Of a stretch of DNA of 64,000 bases, positions 1 to 12,204 are shown piece by piece. The translations under genes were made by a program, and so were the position numbers. Every line of letters begins with the position of its first letter. Position 1 is the stretch's first letter. Source of the stretch: an uncultured beta proteobacterium (GTDB lineage Bacteria > Pseudomonadota > Gammaproteobacteria > Burkholderiales > SG8-39); contig CAVVGT010000003.1 of assembly GCA_963747775.1 (NCBI GenBank), positions 641,538 to 705,537 on the forward strand, read 5' to 3'. A model generated the notes under the pieces. It did no database searches. It was not told the origin of the DNA and saw only the letters and a program-made list of their open reading frames with translations.

Positions 1-19
1 ACTCGATGCTGAACTTCAT
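1..19 (-). CDS. First 6 codons (MKFSIE) of an unidentified gene that leaves the window
   Basis: AGGAGG lies 5 nt upstream of the ATG at 19-17 on the minus strand. Only 19 nt are visible, so the product is unknown. Confidence 0.3.
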
Positions 20-198
20 AGAGCCTCCTGCGGTTGAGGCAAAGGCATTCTAGCGAGTCCGCGCCTGCGACGCCGAAGTAGTAGTAGAGACCATGAAAGC
101 TTGGCAGATACAGCCGGAACACTCTAGATCCAGCCGAAACTTGGCAGGGACGGCCGGGCGAATATCGCCGGTCGCGTCGCTCGCATCACCGGCCAGAT

Positions 199-663
199 CT
201 AGCCGGGTCCGCCGGCCGATCCCGCTTGCTCCCCGACTACCCGGTCCCCGAGGGCAAGCCGGGTAACGAGCCACCGCGGGGCTTCCCACAACTTGATCTC
301 GCGATGCCATCGTCCGCCCGCATCCAGCACCTGGCGGCGCAGCGCGCGCTCGTCGGGCGCTAGGCGGATCCACACCGGCGCCCACGCCGCGACGGCGTTC
401 CGCGGAGGCGGAGCGCGCCCGCGAAGCGGATCGACATGCGCAATGATCTCGACCGTCGTCACGCGCAGCGCGTTCGCGTCGTCGTAGCGATGACGCACGC
501 ACACGAGCCGGTCGCCAAACTCCAGTGCGAGTCGCCGGGTGCCGTCGTGGCCCGGCGCGAAGGTTTTCGCGATGCGCAGTGCGCGCGCCGTTGCGCCGTG
601 GAACGGCTCTCCGCGGCCGATGGCCGCGCCCACGCTGGGCCCGCTCAGACGGCGCGTGTCCAT
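199..663 (-). CDS. Hypothetical 154-aa protein (MDTRRLSGPS...), third gene of the helicase-exonuclease operon
   Basis: Its ATG (663-661) overlaps the TAA of the upstream exonuclease frame as TAATG, indicating translational coupling. Composition is protein-like. The C-terminal segment IRLAPDERALRRQVLDAGGRWHREIKLWEAP resembles a short 'AGGRW...KLW' module I recall from DNA-metabolism proteins, but I cannot verify that. Confidence 0.55.
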   Translation of the reverse strand: MDTRRLSGPSVGAAIGRGEPFHGATARALRIAKTFAPGHDGTRRLALEFGDRLVCVRHRYDDANALRVTTVEIIAHVDPLRGRAPPPRNAVAAWAPVWIRLAPDERALRRQVLDAGGRWHREIKLWEAPRWLVTRLALGDRVVGEQAGSAGGPG

Positions 664-1576
664 TACGCCGGAAGCGGCGACGGGGCCGCGGGGCTGCGTC
701 TCGCACGCAGCAGCGGCGCCTCGCGCGCCGTCGGATGCGCCAGCACCGCGAGCAGCCCCGCGAGCGAGAGCAGGTCCTCGCGATTGTGGTCCAGGATGCG
801 CGGCAGCGGGCTCGGCGTCGCCGCGCTGCAGCCAGCGCTGCCACGCGGCCGGCACGTCCGCGCCGGGAAGGTCGTCGGTGCGCGCGTAGCCGAGCGCGCG
901 CTCCTCTGCGGTGCGCAGACGGCAGTCGGGCCAGCCTTCGCGCAGGCGGCGGCGCGTGACGTGCAGGAGGTCGAGGTGCTGCGAGCGGCTCGTCGGGCCA
1001 CTCGATGCCGGCGAGCCGGGTGCGGGCGCGCAGCAGCGGCAGGTCGAACGACTTGCCGTTGAAGGTGACGAGGCAGTCGCGCGCTCGCAACGCCGCGACG
1101 AGTTGCTCGAGCAGCGGTCGCTCGCCGGCGAAGCCCGTCATCAGGAGCTGGCGCACGGTGAGCACGTCGTCCCGCACCGACGCAAGGCCAAGCACGAACG
1201 CGGTGGTGCCGGTGCCGCCCGCGAGCCCGCTCGTCTCGGTGTCGAGGAAGAGCATCCCTTCGGCGTCGCGCTCGGCATCGTCGCGGAGCGAGCGCCGCGC
1301 GCCTTCGGCCAATTCGCCCGCCCCGGCGACCCGCGTCGCGCCGTGCGCGAACGGCAGCGGAAAGCTCCGCTCGATCGCAAGGAGCGCCGGCGCGAGGACC
1401 GTACCGCCGAGCCGCTGCGCCAGCTCGCCGTCGGTCGGACGGCGCGCGTTGATTTCGGCCGAACGCGTACGGAGGCGCGCCAGCCGGTCGGCGAGCGACG
1501 GGGGCAGCGGGGCAGGGTCCCGCCGCTCGCCGGGAAGGCGGGACAGTCGGTCCAGCCGCGCGCGCAGGTCGCTCAA
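663..1576 (-). pseudogene. RNase H-like 3'-5' exonuclease (YprB/MrfB-like), interrupted by two single-base insertions
   Basis: The N-terminal frame carries MLFLDTETSGL...CLVTFNGKSFDLPLL. Homology continues in a second frame (HLDLLHV...DVPAAWQRWLQRGDAEP) and a third (LPRILDHNREDLLSLAGLL, stop at 663-665). Each junction (~982 and ~807) is repaired by deleting one base. Confidence 0.7.
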
Positions 1577-4047
1577 CTCACGGGCTCCTCGGTCGCGCCG
1601 GCCGCTCCACGGAGTAGACGCAGAACGCGCAACGCCGCCGCCTTGGGCGTGAGATCGCTCGTCTCGTCGCTCGCCAGTACCGGGCCCACGCAGGCCGGGC
1701 AGCCGTGCTTGCAGGGGCAGTGCGCGACGAGGTCGACGGCGTGTTCGAGCACCCGGTCGCGCAGGTCGAACAGCGGCGCGGCGATGCCGATGCCGCCGGG
1801 GAAGTTGTCATAGAGATAGAGCGTCGGCCGGAACGGCCTGCCACCCGATCCGACGTCCACCGGCGCGCCGTCGAGCCCGCGCGCTTCCGTGCGTCCGTCG
1901 GCGCCTGCAGCGGCGGACCAGGCGCTCTCGGGGCCGCCGTCGCCTACCGCGCGGCCGATGTCGTGCGGCTCGGCGAGCGAGAGGAGGGCGGCGATCCGGT
2001 GCACCGCGCTGGCGGCGCCGAGGAAGCCGTCGAGCGCCGCCTGGCGCGTCGGAAACGCGCGATCGAGCGCCTGCGGCGAGGCCTCCCACCACGCCGCGGT
2101 GGTGTGCATCTCGTGGTCGGGCAGCCGCACGTGCCCGTAGCCGACGTTCTCGTGCGTGTAATAGCGGATCTTCTTGTAGCCGGCCACGCGCCGCACGACG
2201 TGCACCTCGCCATGTGCGGCGCGCGCATCGGCGTGCTCTTCGGCATCGAACTCGTCGAGCTGCTTCAGCTTTGTGTAGTCGATCGCGTCGGTGTAGTAGT
2301 CGGCGCTGGTCTCGCGCACGAACGCCTTGCGCCCGACCCAGTCGAGCTTCTCCACCTGCCACGGCGCGGCCTGCACGAGGTAGATCGCGCCCTCGTACAG
2401 AGTGAGCGCGGCGCTCGAGTAGTCGACCTCCGCGATGACGTTCGTCCTCCCGTCCGTGACGTCGATCACGACGAAGTTGCCCTCGGCGACCGAGCGCAGG
2501 CTCACGCTGTTCGCCGGGTAGCTGTCGGCGATCCAGTGCCAGCGCGCCCCCTCGCGATGCACGACGCCCTGATCGGCGAGGTAGCCGAGCGCCTCGTCGA
2601 GCTTCACGCTCCCGAAGCGCTCGGCTGCGTCGAACGGCAGCTCGAACGCCGCGCAGCGAATGTGGTCCATCAGGATGAGGAGCTGGTCCGGGTCGATGCG
2701 CACGTGTTCCGGGCTCGCGCCGAGGAAAAAGTCGGGGTTCCGGGCGAGGTACTGGTCGAGCGGGTCGCTCGAGCACACGAGTACGCCGACGGCCGTGCGC
2801 TGGCGGCGCCCGGCGCGTCCGAAGCGCTGCAGCGCGCCGGCGACGCTGCCCGGGTAGGCATTCAGCACGCACACGTCGAGGGCGCCGATGTCCATCCCCA
2901 GCTCGAGGGCCGAAGTGGACACGACGCAATCGAGCTGGCCGGCGCGCAGCTTCGCCTCCTTGTCGCGACGCTCGGTGGGCAGGTAGCCGCCGCGATAGGC
3001 GGCGACGCGCGCGGGCTTGCGGGGATCTCGGTCATAGACGTCTTTGAGGTACTTGGTCAGCACCTCGACCTCCAGGCGCGAGTTGGCGAACACGATCGTC
3101 TTGAGTCCCATCCTGATGGCGAGCCGGGCGATGCGCGTCGACTGCGAGCGCGCCGAGGCGCGGATCCCGAGCTCTGCGTTGAGCACCGGAGGGTTCCAGA
3201 TAAGCAGGTGCTTGCGCCCGCTCGGCGCGCCGGACTCGGCGACCGCGGCGACGGGACCGCCGAGCAGCCGCTCGGCAAGCTCGACCGGATTCGCGATCGT
3301 GGCCGAGCAGAAGACGAAGGTCGGGCTCGAGTTGTAGAAGCGGCAGACCCGTTTCAGCCGGCGGAGGAGGTTCGCGACGTGCGAGCCGAACACGCCGCGG
3401 TAGGTGTGCAGCTCGTCGATCACCACGAAGCGCAGCGCCTCGAAGAACTGCGCCCACTTGGTGTGGTGGGGCAGGATGCCCTGGTGGAGCATGTCCGGGT
3501 TGGAGACGACGATGTCGCCTTTCGTGCGCACCGCCTTGCGCGCGTCGCCCGGCGTGTCGCCGTCGAAGGTGTAGGCGCGGATGCCGAGGTTGCCGGCCGC
3601 GTTCAGCTCCAGAATCTCGGCGACCTGGTCCTGCGAGAGCGCCTTGGTCGGGAAGAGATAGAGCGCCTTCGCGCCCGTCTTGAGCGCGGCGTCGATGACC
3701 GGCAGGTTGTAGCAGAGCGTCTTGCCCGAGGCGGTCGGCGTGACCACCACGGTATCGCGGCCGGCGGCGACGTGATCCCACGCCTCGCGCTGGTGGCTGT
3801 ACAGACTGAGGATGCCGCGCTCGCTTAGCGCTCCAGCAAGCCGCGGGTCGAGCCCGGGAGGGAAGTCAGCGTGCCGAGCGTCGCGCGCGGGGACGACGAC
3901 CTCGCCCGCGATCCGGGCGCGATCGTCGCGCTTCAGCCGGTCGACGAGCGCCTCGGCGCCGCGCGCCGCCGGCCGCAGCCGCGCGCGCGGGTCAGCCGTG
4001 TCGTCGAAAAGGTCCAGCGCGCTTTCGAAGAACGCTCCCATTCCCAT
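1573..4047 (-). CDS. DEAD/DEAH-box helicase with a C-terminal DUF1998/MZB zinc domain (MrfA/YprA-like)
   Basis: 824-aa ORF with motif I TPTASGKT, motif II VIDELH, SAT, and the C-terminal Cys cluster CPCKHGCPACVGP. Its stop overlaps the start of the downstream exonuclease. Confidence 0.9.
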   Translation of the reverse strand: MGMGAFFESALDLFDDTADPRARLRPAARGAEALVDRLKRDDRARIAGEVVVPARDARHADFPPGLDPRLAGALSERGILSLYSHQREAWDHVAAGRDTVVVTPTASGKTLCYNLPVIDAALKTGAKALYLFPTKALSQDQVAEILELNAAGNLGIRAYTFDGDTPGDARKAVRTKGDIVVSNPDMLHQGILPHHTKWAQFFEALRFVVIDELHTYRGVFGSHVANLLRRLKRVCRFYNSSPTFVFCSATIANPVELAERLLGGPVAAVAESGAPSGRKHLLIWNPPVLNAELGIRASARSQSTRIARLAIRMGLKTIVFANSRLEVEVLTKYLKDVYDRDPRKPARVAAYRGGYLPTERRDKEAKLRAGQLDCVVSTSALELGMDIGALDVCVLNAYPGSVAGALQRFGRAGRRQRTAVGVLVCSSDPLDQYLARNPDFFLGASPEHVRIDPDQLLILMDHIRCAAFELPFDAAERFGSVKLDEALGYLADQGVVHREGARWHWIADSYPANSVSLRSVAEGNFVVIDVTDGRTNVIAEVDYSSAALTLYEGAIYLVQAAPWQVEKLDWVGRKAFVRETSADYYTDAIDYTKLKQLDEFDAEEHADARAAHGEVHVVRRVAGYKKIRYYTHENVGYGHVRLPDHEMHTTAAWWEASPQALDRAFPTRQAALDGFLGAASAVHRIAALLSLAEPHDIGRAVGDGGPESAWSAAAGADGRTEARGLDGAPVDVGSGGRPFRPTLYLYDNFPGGIGIAAPLFDLRDRVLEHAVDLVAHCPCKHGCPACVGPVLASDETSDLTPKAAALRVLRLLRGAAGATEEPVS

Positions 4048-4136
4048 CCTCTCCGTGTTTCGCCCGAGGAGAAGGATGCGGGGGGCGGTGGCTCACCCGG
4101 TGAGCCCGCTGCGGTGAACCGGCGAGGGGGGCGGAA

Positions 4137-4541
4137 CTACCGGACGACGTCGCGGATGATGTCGAGCACCGTGGAGGTGCGGGCGTCGAGCATCACCAGA
4201 TGCCGCCCGACGATCGCTCGCTCCACGCCTGACGGCACCGTCGAGAGCTGGTTCTCGAGCGACCAGGGCAGGGGCGCTTTGGCGACGTTGCGGGGCAGGC
4301 GATCGGTGGGCGCGAGCTCGCGGTCCACCTGCGGCGGCAGCTTTCCGTCGGGGTCGTATGTGCGGGTGACGTATTCGGGGTAGCGCTTGAACCAGGTGTC
4401 GATGCGTTGCCTATCCTGGCCGGAAAACCGGATCGCCGGCTGCAGCCACTGTGCCGGGTCCAACGGACGGCGCGCGGCGGCAGCGGCGGGATCGGCCGCG
4501 AGCAGCGCGAGCAGGGCGACGAATGGCAGCAGACGACGCAT
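4137..4541 (-). CDS. Secreted or periplasmic hypothetical protein (134 aa)
   Basis: N-terminal signal peptide MRRLLPFVALLALLAADPAAAA followed by a non-repetitive, charged mature part. Confidence 0.55.
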   Translation of the reverse strand: MRRLLPFVALLALLAADPAAAAARRPLDPAQWLQPAIRFSGQDRQRIDTWFKRYPEYVTRTYDPDGKLPPQVDRELAPTDRLPRNVAKAPLPWSLENQLSTVPSGVERAIVGRHLVMLDARTSTVLDIIRDVVR

Positions 4542-4834
4542 GTCTCTCGGGTTCGGTCCTGTCGGGCGCCGGCGACGGCGCGGGCCCGATGGCAGCGACG
4601 CCTGCAGGGATTACGGAACACTGCGCGGGGAACGGCGCGAATGCCTGCGGCGGCCTGAAAGTGGACTGGGGGAAGGCTCCGAAGTTCTCGTACTTACAAA
4701 CTGAAACGTATTCAGCGGGCGAGGCAGATCATACCGGACCGGGACCGGGGCCCGGCGCGCCGGACGCGTCGGGGCGCGGAAACGGTCACGCGCCGGGCGG
4801 TTGCGGGCGCGCCGGCGGGGAATCCTCCACAGGG

Positions 4835-4862
4835 CTTGATTGCGCCGGCCGGGCATCCATCT
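4835..4862 (+). promoter_or_regulatory. Possible sigma-32 type heat-shock promoter for hsp20-lon
   Basis: CTTGAT (4835-4840), a 14-nt spacer, then ATCCATCT (4855-4862). The recalled consensus is CTTGAAA-N13-15-CCCCATNT. It sits about 50 nt upstream of the ATG at 4912. Confidence 0.35.
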
Positions 4863-4911
4863 ACCAGCGAGCGAACAGGCCGACCGGCAACAGGACCGGA
4901 GCGACGAACCC

Positions 4912-5319
4912 ATGCGATCGCGGGACCCGAACCAGTGGATGTGGGCGGAAGCCCTGAAGATGCTCGACGAGGCGAACCGCCTGCAGCGGCGCTTCTTCGA
5001 GGTCAGCGCGCGTCCCGAGGCGGCGCCCAAGTGGGAGCCGCCGGTGGACATCTTCGAGTCCGACGACGAGCTGTGGCTGTTCTACGCGCTCCCGGGCGTC
5101 GCGACCGAGCAGATCGAGGTCGGCCTGGAAGGCCCCGAGCTGGTGGTGCGGGGCGAGCGGCAGCTGCCGCGGGTCGCGCACACCACGAAGATTCGCCGGC
5201 TCGAGCTGCCGCACGGGCGCTTCGAGCGGCGCGTCGCGCTGCCGTCGGGCCGGTTCGAGCTCATCACAAAGCAGCTCGATCGCGGGTGTCTCGTGATCGG
5301 GCTGCGGCGGATTGCGTGA
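4912..5319 (+). CDS. Hsp20/alpha-crystallin family small heat-shock protein
   Basis: Alpha-crystallin-like core PPVDIFESDDELWLFYALPGV...RRLELPHGRFERRVALP. GGAG lies about 10 nt before the ATG at 4912. The longer ORF from 4840 is less likely. Confidence 0.8.
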   Translation: MRSRDPNQWMWAEALKMLDEANRLQRRFFEVSARPEAAPKWEPPVDIFESDDELWLFYALPGVATEQIEVGLEGPELVVRGERQLPRVAHTTKIRRLELPHGRFERRVALPSGRFELITKQLDRGCLVIGLRRIA

Positions 5320-5329
5320 GGTGACAACA

Positions 5330-7738
<2,409 letters not shown>

Positions 7739-7853
7739 CCGTCAACTCGGCGTAGGTCGGCTCGTCATCCCGGCTTCCCTCGGAAAGACGGCGGCCTGGC
7801 GGTGGTTGACCGCCGTCAACGGGGCTCGGCTGCAGGGGCGTAACCTCGTCCTC

Positions 7854-9608
7854 ATGCCCGTCCACAACGCCGACATCGCGCGCGTCTTCGAGGACATCGC
7901 CGATCTGCTCGAGATCGGGGCGGCGAACCCGTTCCGCGTGCGCGCGTACCGCAACGCCGCGCGCACGGTCGGGGATCTGCGCCTCGACCTCGCGGCGGCG
8001 ATCGGGTCCGGGAATGCGCTCCCGAAGCTGCCGGGCATCGGCGAGGATCTCGATGCGAAGATCCACGAGATCGTCGCGACTGGGACCTGTGCGCTGCTCG
8101 AGAAGCTGAAGAAGCAGCTCCCGCCCGCGATCACCGAGCTCCTGAAGATCCCCGGTCTCGGACCCAAGCGGGTGAAGGCGCTGCACGAGGCACTGGACAT
8201 CGACACGCTGCCCCAGCTCCTCGAGGCGGCGCGCAAGGGGACGATCCGCGACCTGCCGGGCTTCGGCGAGAAGACCGAGGCGCACATCCTCGACGCGGTC
8301 CAGGCGCGGCTCGGCCAGGCGAAGCGCTTCAAGCTCGCCGTCGCCGCCCAATACGCGCAGCCGCTCGCGGCATATCTGAAGGGCGCGAAAGGCGCTCGGG
8401 AGGTCGCGATCGCGGGCAGCTACCGGCGGATGAAGGAGACCGTCGGCGACATCGACATCCTCGTCACCGCGGACACCGGCGCGCGGGTGATGGAGCGCTT
8501 CGTGAAGTACCCCGAGGTCCGCGAGGTGCTCTCGAAGGGCGATACGCGCGCGAGCGTCGTGCTGGCGAGCGGGCTGCAGGTCGACGTCCGGGTGGTGCCG
8601 CCGGAGAGCTTCGGCGCGGCCCTGCATTACTTCACCGGTTCGAAGGCCCACAACATCGCGATCCGGCGGCTCGCGCAGGACCGGGGCCTGAAGCTGAACG
8701 AATACGGCGTCTTCAAGGGCAAGAAGCGCGTCGCCGGGGAGACCGAGGAGTCGGTGTTCGCGTCGGTGGATCTGCCGTGGATTCCGCCCGAGCTGCGCGA
8801 GGACCGCGGCGAGATCGAGGCGGCGCGCCGCGGCGAGCTGCCGCGGCTCGTGGTGCTCGATGATCTGCGTGGCGATCTGCATTTGCACACTAAGGCTTCC
8901 GACGGACGGAGCTCGCTCCGCGAGATGGCGCTGGCCGCGAGAGCGCGCGGGCTCGAGTACATCGCCGTCACCGAGCACTCGCAGCGCGAGACGCAAGCGC
9001 ACGGCCTCGATTCGGCCCGGCTCCTGAAGCAGCTCGGCGAGATCGACCGCGCGAACGCCGGGCTGAAAGGCATCGCGATCCTGAAGGGGATCGAGGTCGA
9101 CATCCTGGAGGACGGGTCGCTCGACCTGCCCGACAGCGCGCTCGCGAAGCTCGACGTCGTGGTCGCCGCGGTGCACGCACGCTTCAATCTGCCGCGCGCG
9201 CAGCAGACCGCGCGCATCCTGAAAGCGCTCGATAACCCCTATGTGTCGATCCTCGCGCACCCGAGCGGGCGCCTTATCGACGAGCGCGAGCCGTGCGACA
9301 TCGACATGCAGGCCGTCATCCGGCGTGCCAAGGCGCGCGGGATCGCACTGGAGCTGAACGCGCACCCCGACCGCCTCGATCTCGACGATACTGCGGCGCG
9401 GATGGCGAAGGAAGAGGGCGCGCTGGTCGCGATCAACTCCGACGCGCACAGCGTGCACGACTTCGAGAACCTCGCGTTCGGGGTCGGGCAGGCGCGGCGC
9501 GGGTGGGTCGAGGCGCGGGATGTGCTCAATGCCCGGTCGCTCGACGAGGTTCGCAAGCGGCTCGCCCCGAGGCCGACGGTTCCACGCGGGCGGCGCGCAC
9601 TGTCCTAA
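7854..9608 (+). CDS. polX: Family X DNA polymerase with C-terminal PHP phosphoesterase domain (PolX)
   Basis: HhH motifs (LPGIGEDL, IPGLGPKR), nucleotidyltransferase motif GSYRRMKETVGDIDILV, PHP motifs GDLHLHTKASDG and INSDAHS. Start is uncertain, with an alternative TTG at 7806. Confidence 0.9.
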   Translation: MPVHNADIARVFEDIADLLEIGAANPFRVRAYRNAARTVGDLRLDLAAAIGSGNALPKLPGIGEDLDAKIHEIVATGTCALLEKLKKQLPPAITELLKIPGLGPKRVKALHEALDIDTLPQLLEAARKGTIRDLPGFGEKTEAHILDAVQARLGQAKRFKLAVAAQYAQPLAAYLKGAKGAREVAIAGSYRRMKETVGDIDILVTADTGARVMERFVKYPEVREVLSKGDTRASVVLASGLQVDVRVVPPESFGAALHYFTGSKAHNIAIRRLAQDRGLKLNEYGVFKGKKRVAGETEESVFASVDLPWIPPELREDRGEIEAARRGELPRLVVLDDLRGDLHLHTKASDGRSSLREMALAARARGLEYIAVTEHSQRETQAHGLDSARLLKQLGEIDRANAGLKGIAILKGIEVDILEDGSLDLPDSALAKLDVVVAAVHARFNLPRAQQTARILKALDNPYVSILAHPSGRLIDEREPCDIDMQAVIRRAKARGIALELNAHPDRLDLDDTAARMAKEEGALVAINSDAHSVHDFENLAFGVGQARRGWVEARDVLNARSLDEVRKRLAPRPTVPRGRRALS

Positions 9609-9613
9609 GTGGG

Positions 9614-9808
9614 TCAGCGGTCGCGAGCGCGCGACGGGAGCCCCTGGCGTCGCGCCCAGGCCTTGGCCCTCGCGATCGCGACGCGGATCGCCAAGCCCTC
9701 GTCGTGACCCTCCGCCAGCATGGCGTTCGCGATTTCGATCGCCTTGGCGCGCACGAGCGGCGGCAGGCGCTTCATCGCGGCCGGGTATTGGGACTCTTTC
9801 CAGGGCAT
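9614..9808 (-). CDS. Small hypothetical protein (64 aa), possibly ChaB-like
   Basis: Compact helical-looking ORF MPWKESQYPAAMKRLPPLVRAKAIEIANAML.... The family assignment is from memory only. Confidence 0.45.
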   Translation of the reverse strand: MPWKESQYPAAMKRLPPLVRAKAIEIANAMLAEGHDEGLAIRVAIARAKAWARRQGLPSRARDR

Positions 9809-9921
9809 TGACGGATCCTCGGCGTCCAGGGCATTGAGACACCGTCAGGCGCCGCCGGGTTTGACCGGGGTCAACGGCCCGTGCCAGCCCGGGCATATCG
9901 TACTGATTGAGAGGCGCTCTT

Positions 9922-10392
9922 ATGTCATTACAGCTCAAACTGATGTGGTTGTTTCTTATGGCCCTCGGCGTGGCGGGCAGTGCGGGCGCGCAATTGCCAT
10001 TGCACAGCTCGGATGGCATCCGCTACGCGAGCGGGGGAATCGGCGAAGGCGAGCGGGACGAGCTCGTGCTCATGCTCCCGGACTACAACCTCAAGCTGGT
10101 GGTCGCCGCGCAGGGGACCGGGGCCTTCCTCGCCGACGTGAAGCTGACCGCGGTCGATGCGCGCGGAGCGAAGGTGCTCGAGACCACGCTCGACGGGCCG
10201 TGGTTCGTCGGGCGGTTCCCGCCCGGCCGCTACGAGCTCCAGCTCGCGTACGGGGGGGCGATGCAGAAGCGGTTGGTGACGATTCCCGCGCAGGGCCGTC
10301 GGGTCGAGTACGTCTACTGGACCGACGCCAGCGCCACGACGCTCAAATCGATCGAACAGGCGGAGAAACCGGCCCCCAGCGTCGCGAAGTGA
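9922..10392 (+). CDS. Secreted hypothetical protein (beta-sandwich-like)
   Basis: Signal peptide MSLQLKLMWLFLMALGVAGSAGA. The rest is beta-rich (YELQLAYGG..., VEYVYW). Confidence 0.55.
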   Translation: MSLQLKLMWLFLMALGVAGSAGAQLPLHSSDGIRYASGGIGEGERDELVLMLPDYNLKLVVAAQGTGAFLADVKLTAVDARGAKVLETTLDGPWFVGRFPPGRYELQLAYGGAMQKRLVTIPAQGRRVEYVYWTDASATTLKSIEQAEKPAPSVAK

Positions 10393-10410
10393 CTTCGCAG
10401 TGAGGAATCC

Positions 10411-12177
10411 ATGAACCCCTACGATCTCGACAGCGAGCACACGCCGGTCCTCAACTTCGACCGGATGATGAACGTCGCGCTCTCGCCGTTGTGGCAGGGT
10501 GTCTCGCCGCTCGCGCTCGCCAAGTGCTACCTCGACTGGGGCATGCACCTCGGGATGTCGCCGGGCAAGCAGCAGTGGCTCGCGGCGAAGGCGGCGCGGA
10601 AGCTGCACCGGCTGATGCTCTACGGCGCGGACTGGGCGCGCGCGCAGATCGATCCCAAGGCTGGGCGGGTCGAGCCCTGCATCGCGCCGCTACCGCAGGA
10701 CCAGCGCTTCCGCGACCCGTTGTGGCAGACGTTCCCGTACAACTTCTACTACCAGTCGTTCCTGCTCGCGCAGCAATGGGCGTACAACGCCACGAGCGGC
10801 GTGCGCGGCGTGTCGCGCGGCCACGAAGAGGTCGTGACGTTCGTGACCCGGCAGCTGCTCGACATCATCAGCCCGTCGAACTTCATCGGGTCGAACCCGG
10901 TCGTGACGCAGCGGACGGCGGCGAGCTGGGGCATGAACCTGTGGCAGGGCGCGTACAACTGGTGGGCCGACGCGGTGCGCATCGCGGCGGGGCGCCACGG
11001 CGGGGGCGAACGGCAGTTCGAGGTCGGGAAGAACCTCGCGCTCACGCCCGGGCGGGTCGTGTTCCGGAACAATCTGATCGAGCTGATTCAGTACGCGCCG
11101 GCGACGCCCGAGGTCTGGGCCGAGCCGGTCCTTGTCGTGCCGTCCTGGATCATGAAGTACTACATCCTCGACCTGCAGCCGGCGAACTCGCTCGTCAAGT
11201 ACCTGGTGGACCGTGGCCACACGGTGTTCATGATGTCGTGGAAGAACCCCGACGCGGGTGACCGCGATCTCGGAATGGACGATTACCTGAAGGGCGGAGT
11301 GCTCGCGGCGCTCGACGCGGTGCGGCGGATCATGCCGGAACGGTCGATCCACGCCGCGGGTTACTGCCTCGGCGGCACGCTGCTCGCGATCGCCGCGGCG
11401 GTGCTCGCGCGCGAGGGCGGCGACGGCCGGATCGGCTCGCTGACGCTCTTCGCGGCAGAGACCGATTTCAAAGAACCGGGCGAGCTCGGCCTCTTCATCG
11501 ACGAGTCGCAGATCGCCTACCTCGAGGACCTGATGTGGGAGCAGGGCTACCTCGACGGCAAGCAGATGACCGGTGTATTCCGCCTTCTCAACTCGAAAGA
11601 CCTGGTCTGGTCGCGCATGGTGAACAAGTATTTCATGGGCGAGCGCGAGCCGGCGATGGACCTGATGGCCTGGAACGCGGATGCGACGCGCATGCCCTAC
11701 CGGATGCACAGTGAATATCTGCGCAGCCTCTATCTGAACAACGACCTGGCGGAAGGGCGCTACGCCGTCGACGGCAAGCCGGTGGCGCTGTCCGACATCC
11801 GCGCGCCGCTGTTCGTGGTCGGCACCGAACGCGACCACGTCTCGCCGTGGCGCTCGGTGTACAAGCTCAACCTGATGACCGACGCCGAGCTCACGTTCCT
11901 GCTGACGAGCGGGGGGCACAACGTCGGTGTCGTCAATCCGCCCGCCACGTCGAAGCGGCAATATCGCGTCGCGATCCGGGCCGCGAGCGCAAAGTACGTC
12001 GATCCGGAAACCTGGTTCGCCGCCACGCCGGTGAAGCAGGGATCGTGGTGGCCGGAATGGTGCGACTGGCTGGCGGCGCGCTCGTCGGCGAGGGTCGAGC
12101 CGCCCGAGCTCGGCGCACCCGCGCGCGGATTGCCGCCGCTCGACGCCGCGCCGGGGCGCTACGTGCTGCAGACGTAG
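10411..12177 (+). CDS. phaC: Class I poly(R)-hydroxyalkanoate synthase
   Basis: 588 aa, lipase-box-like GYCLGG with the catalytic Cys. Conserved PhaC N-terminal region and the C-terminal DHV/GGH motifs (ERDHVSPW, SGGHNVG). Confidence 0.9.
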   Translation: MNPYDLDSEHTPVLNFDRMMNVALSPLWQGVSPLALAKCYLDWGMHLGMSPGKQQWLAAKAARKLHRLMLYGADWARAQIDPKAGRVEPCIAPLPQDQRFRDPLWQTFPYNFYYQSFLLAQQWAYNATSGVRGVSRGHEEVVTFVTRQLLDIISPSNFIGSNPVVTQRTAASWGMNLWQGAYNWWADAVRIAAGRHGGGERQFEVGKNLALTPGRVVFRNNLIELIQYAPATPEVWAEPVLVVPSWIMKYYILDLQPANSLVKYLVDRGHTVFMMSWKNPDAGDRDLGMDDYLKGGVLAALDAVRRIMPERSIHAAGYCLGGTLLAIAAAVLAREGGDGRIGSLTLFAAETDFKEPGELGLFIDESQIAYLEDLMWEQGYLDGKQMTGVFRLLNSKDLVWSRMVNKYFMGEREPAMDLMAWNADATRMPYRMHSEYLRSLYLNNDLAEGRYAVDGKPVALSDIRAPLFVVGTERDHVSPWRSVYKLNLMTDAELTFLLTSGGHNVGVVNPPATSKRQYRVAIRAASAKYVDPETWFAATPVKQGSWWPEWCDWLAARSSARVEPPELGAPARGLPPLDAAPGRYVLQT

Positions 12178-12204
12178 AAAAAAAAGACGGCCCGGAGGGC
12201 CGTC
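12178..12204 (-). terminator. Rho-independent terminator oriented for minus-strand transcripts
   Basis: 8-bp stem GACGGCCC/GGGCCGTC with a 3-nt loop (12186-12204). It is preceded on the plus strand by A8 (12178-12185), which reads as hairpin followed by U8 on the minus strand. Confidence 0.6.

Noticed and set aside
90-170. Direct repeat CTTGGCAG...GCCGG (two copies ~40 bp apart), considered as a sigma-54 promoter (TGGCA-type) for the leftward gene
   Set aside because: There is no TTGC element at the required spacing, and the orientation relative to the minus-strand gene is wrong for the TGGCA motif. It may still be a regulator site, but support is too weak.
1705-3828. 707-aa ORF antisense to the helicase. 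Similar long antisense or overlapping ORFs occur elsewhere, e.g. 5420-7507, 7602-10019, 12503-14431, 12805-14742, 20227-22149, 28651-30702, 40841-42925, 49412-52144, 53769-55865 and 56982-61136.
   Set aside because: They are typical high-GC shadow ORFs. They are extremely Arg/Ala/Pro/Gly-rich with no recognisable motifs. Each fully overlaps a gene that has clear family signatures on the other strand or frame.
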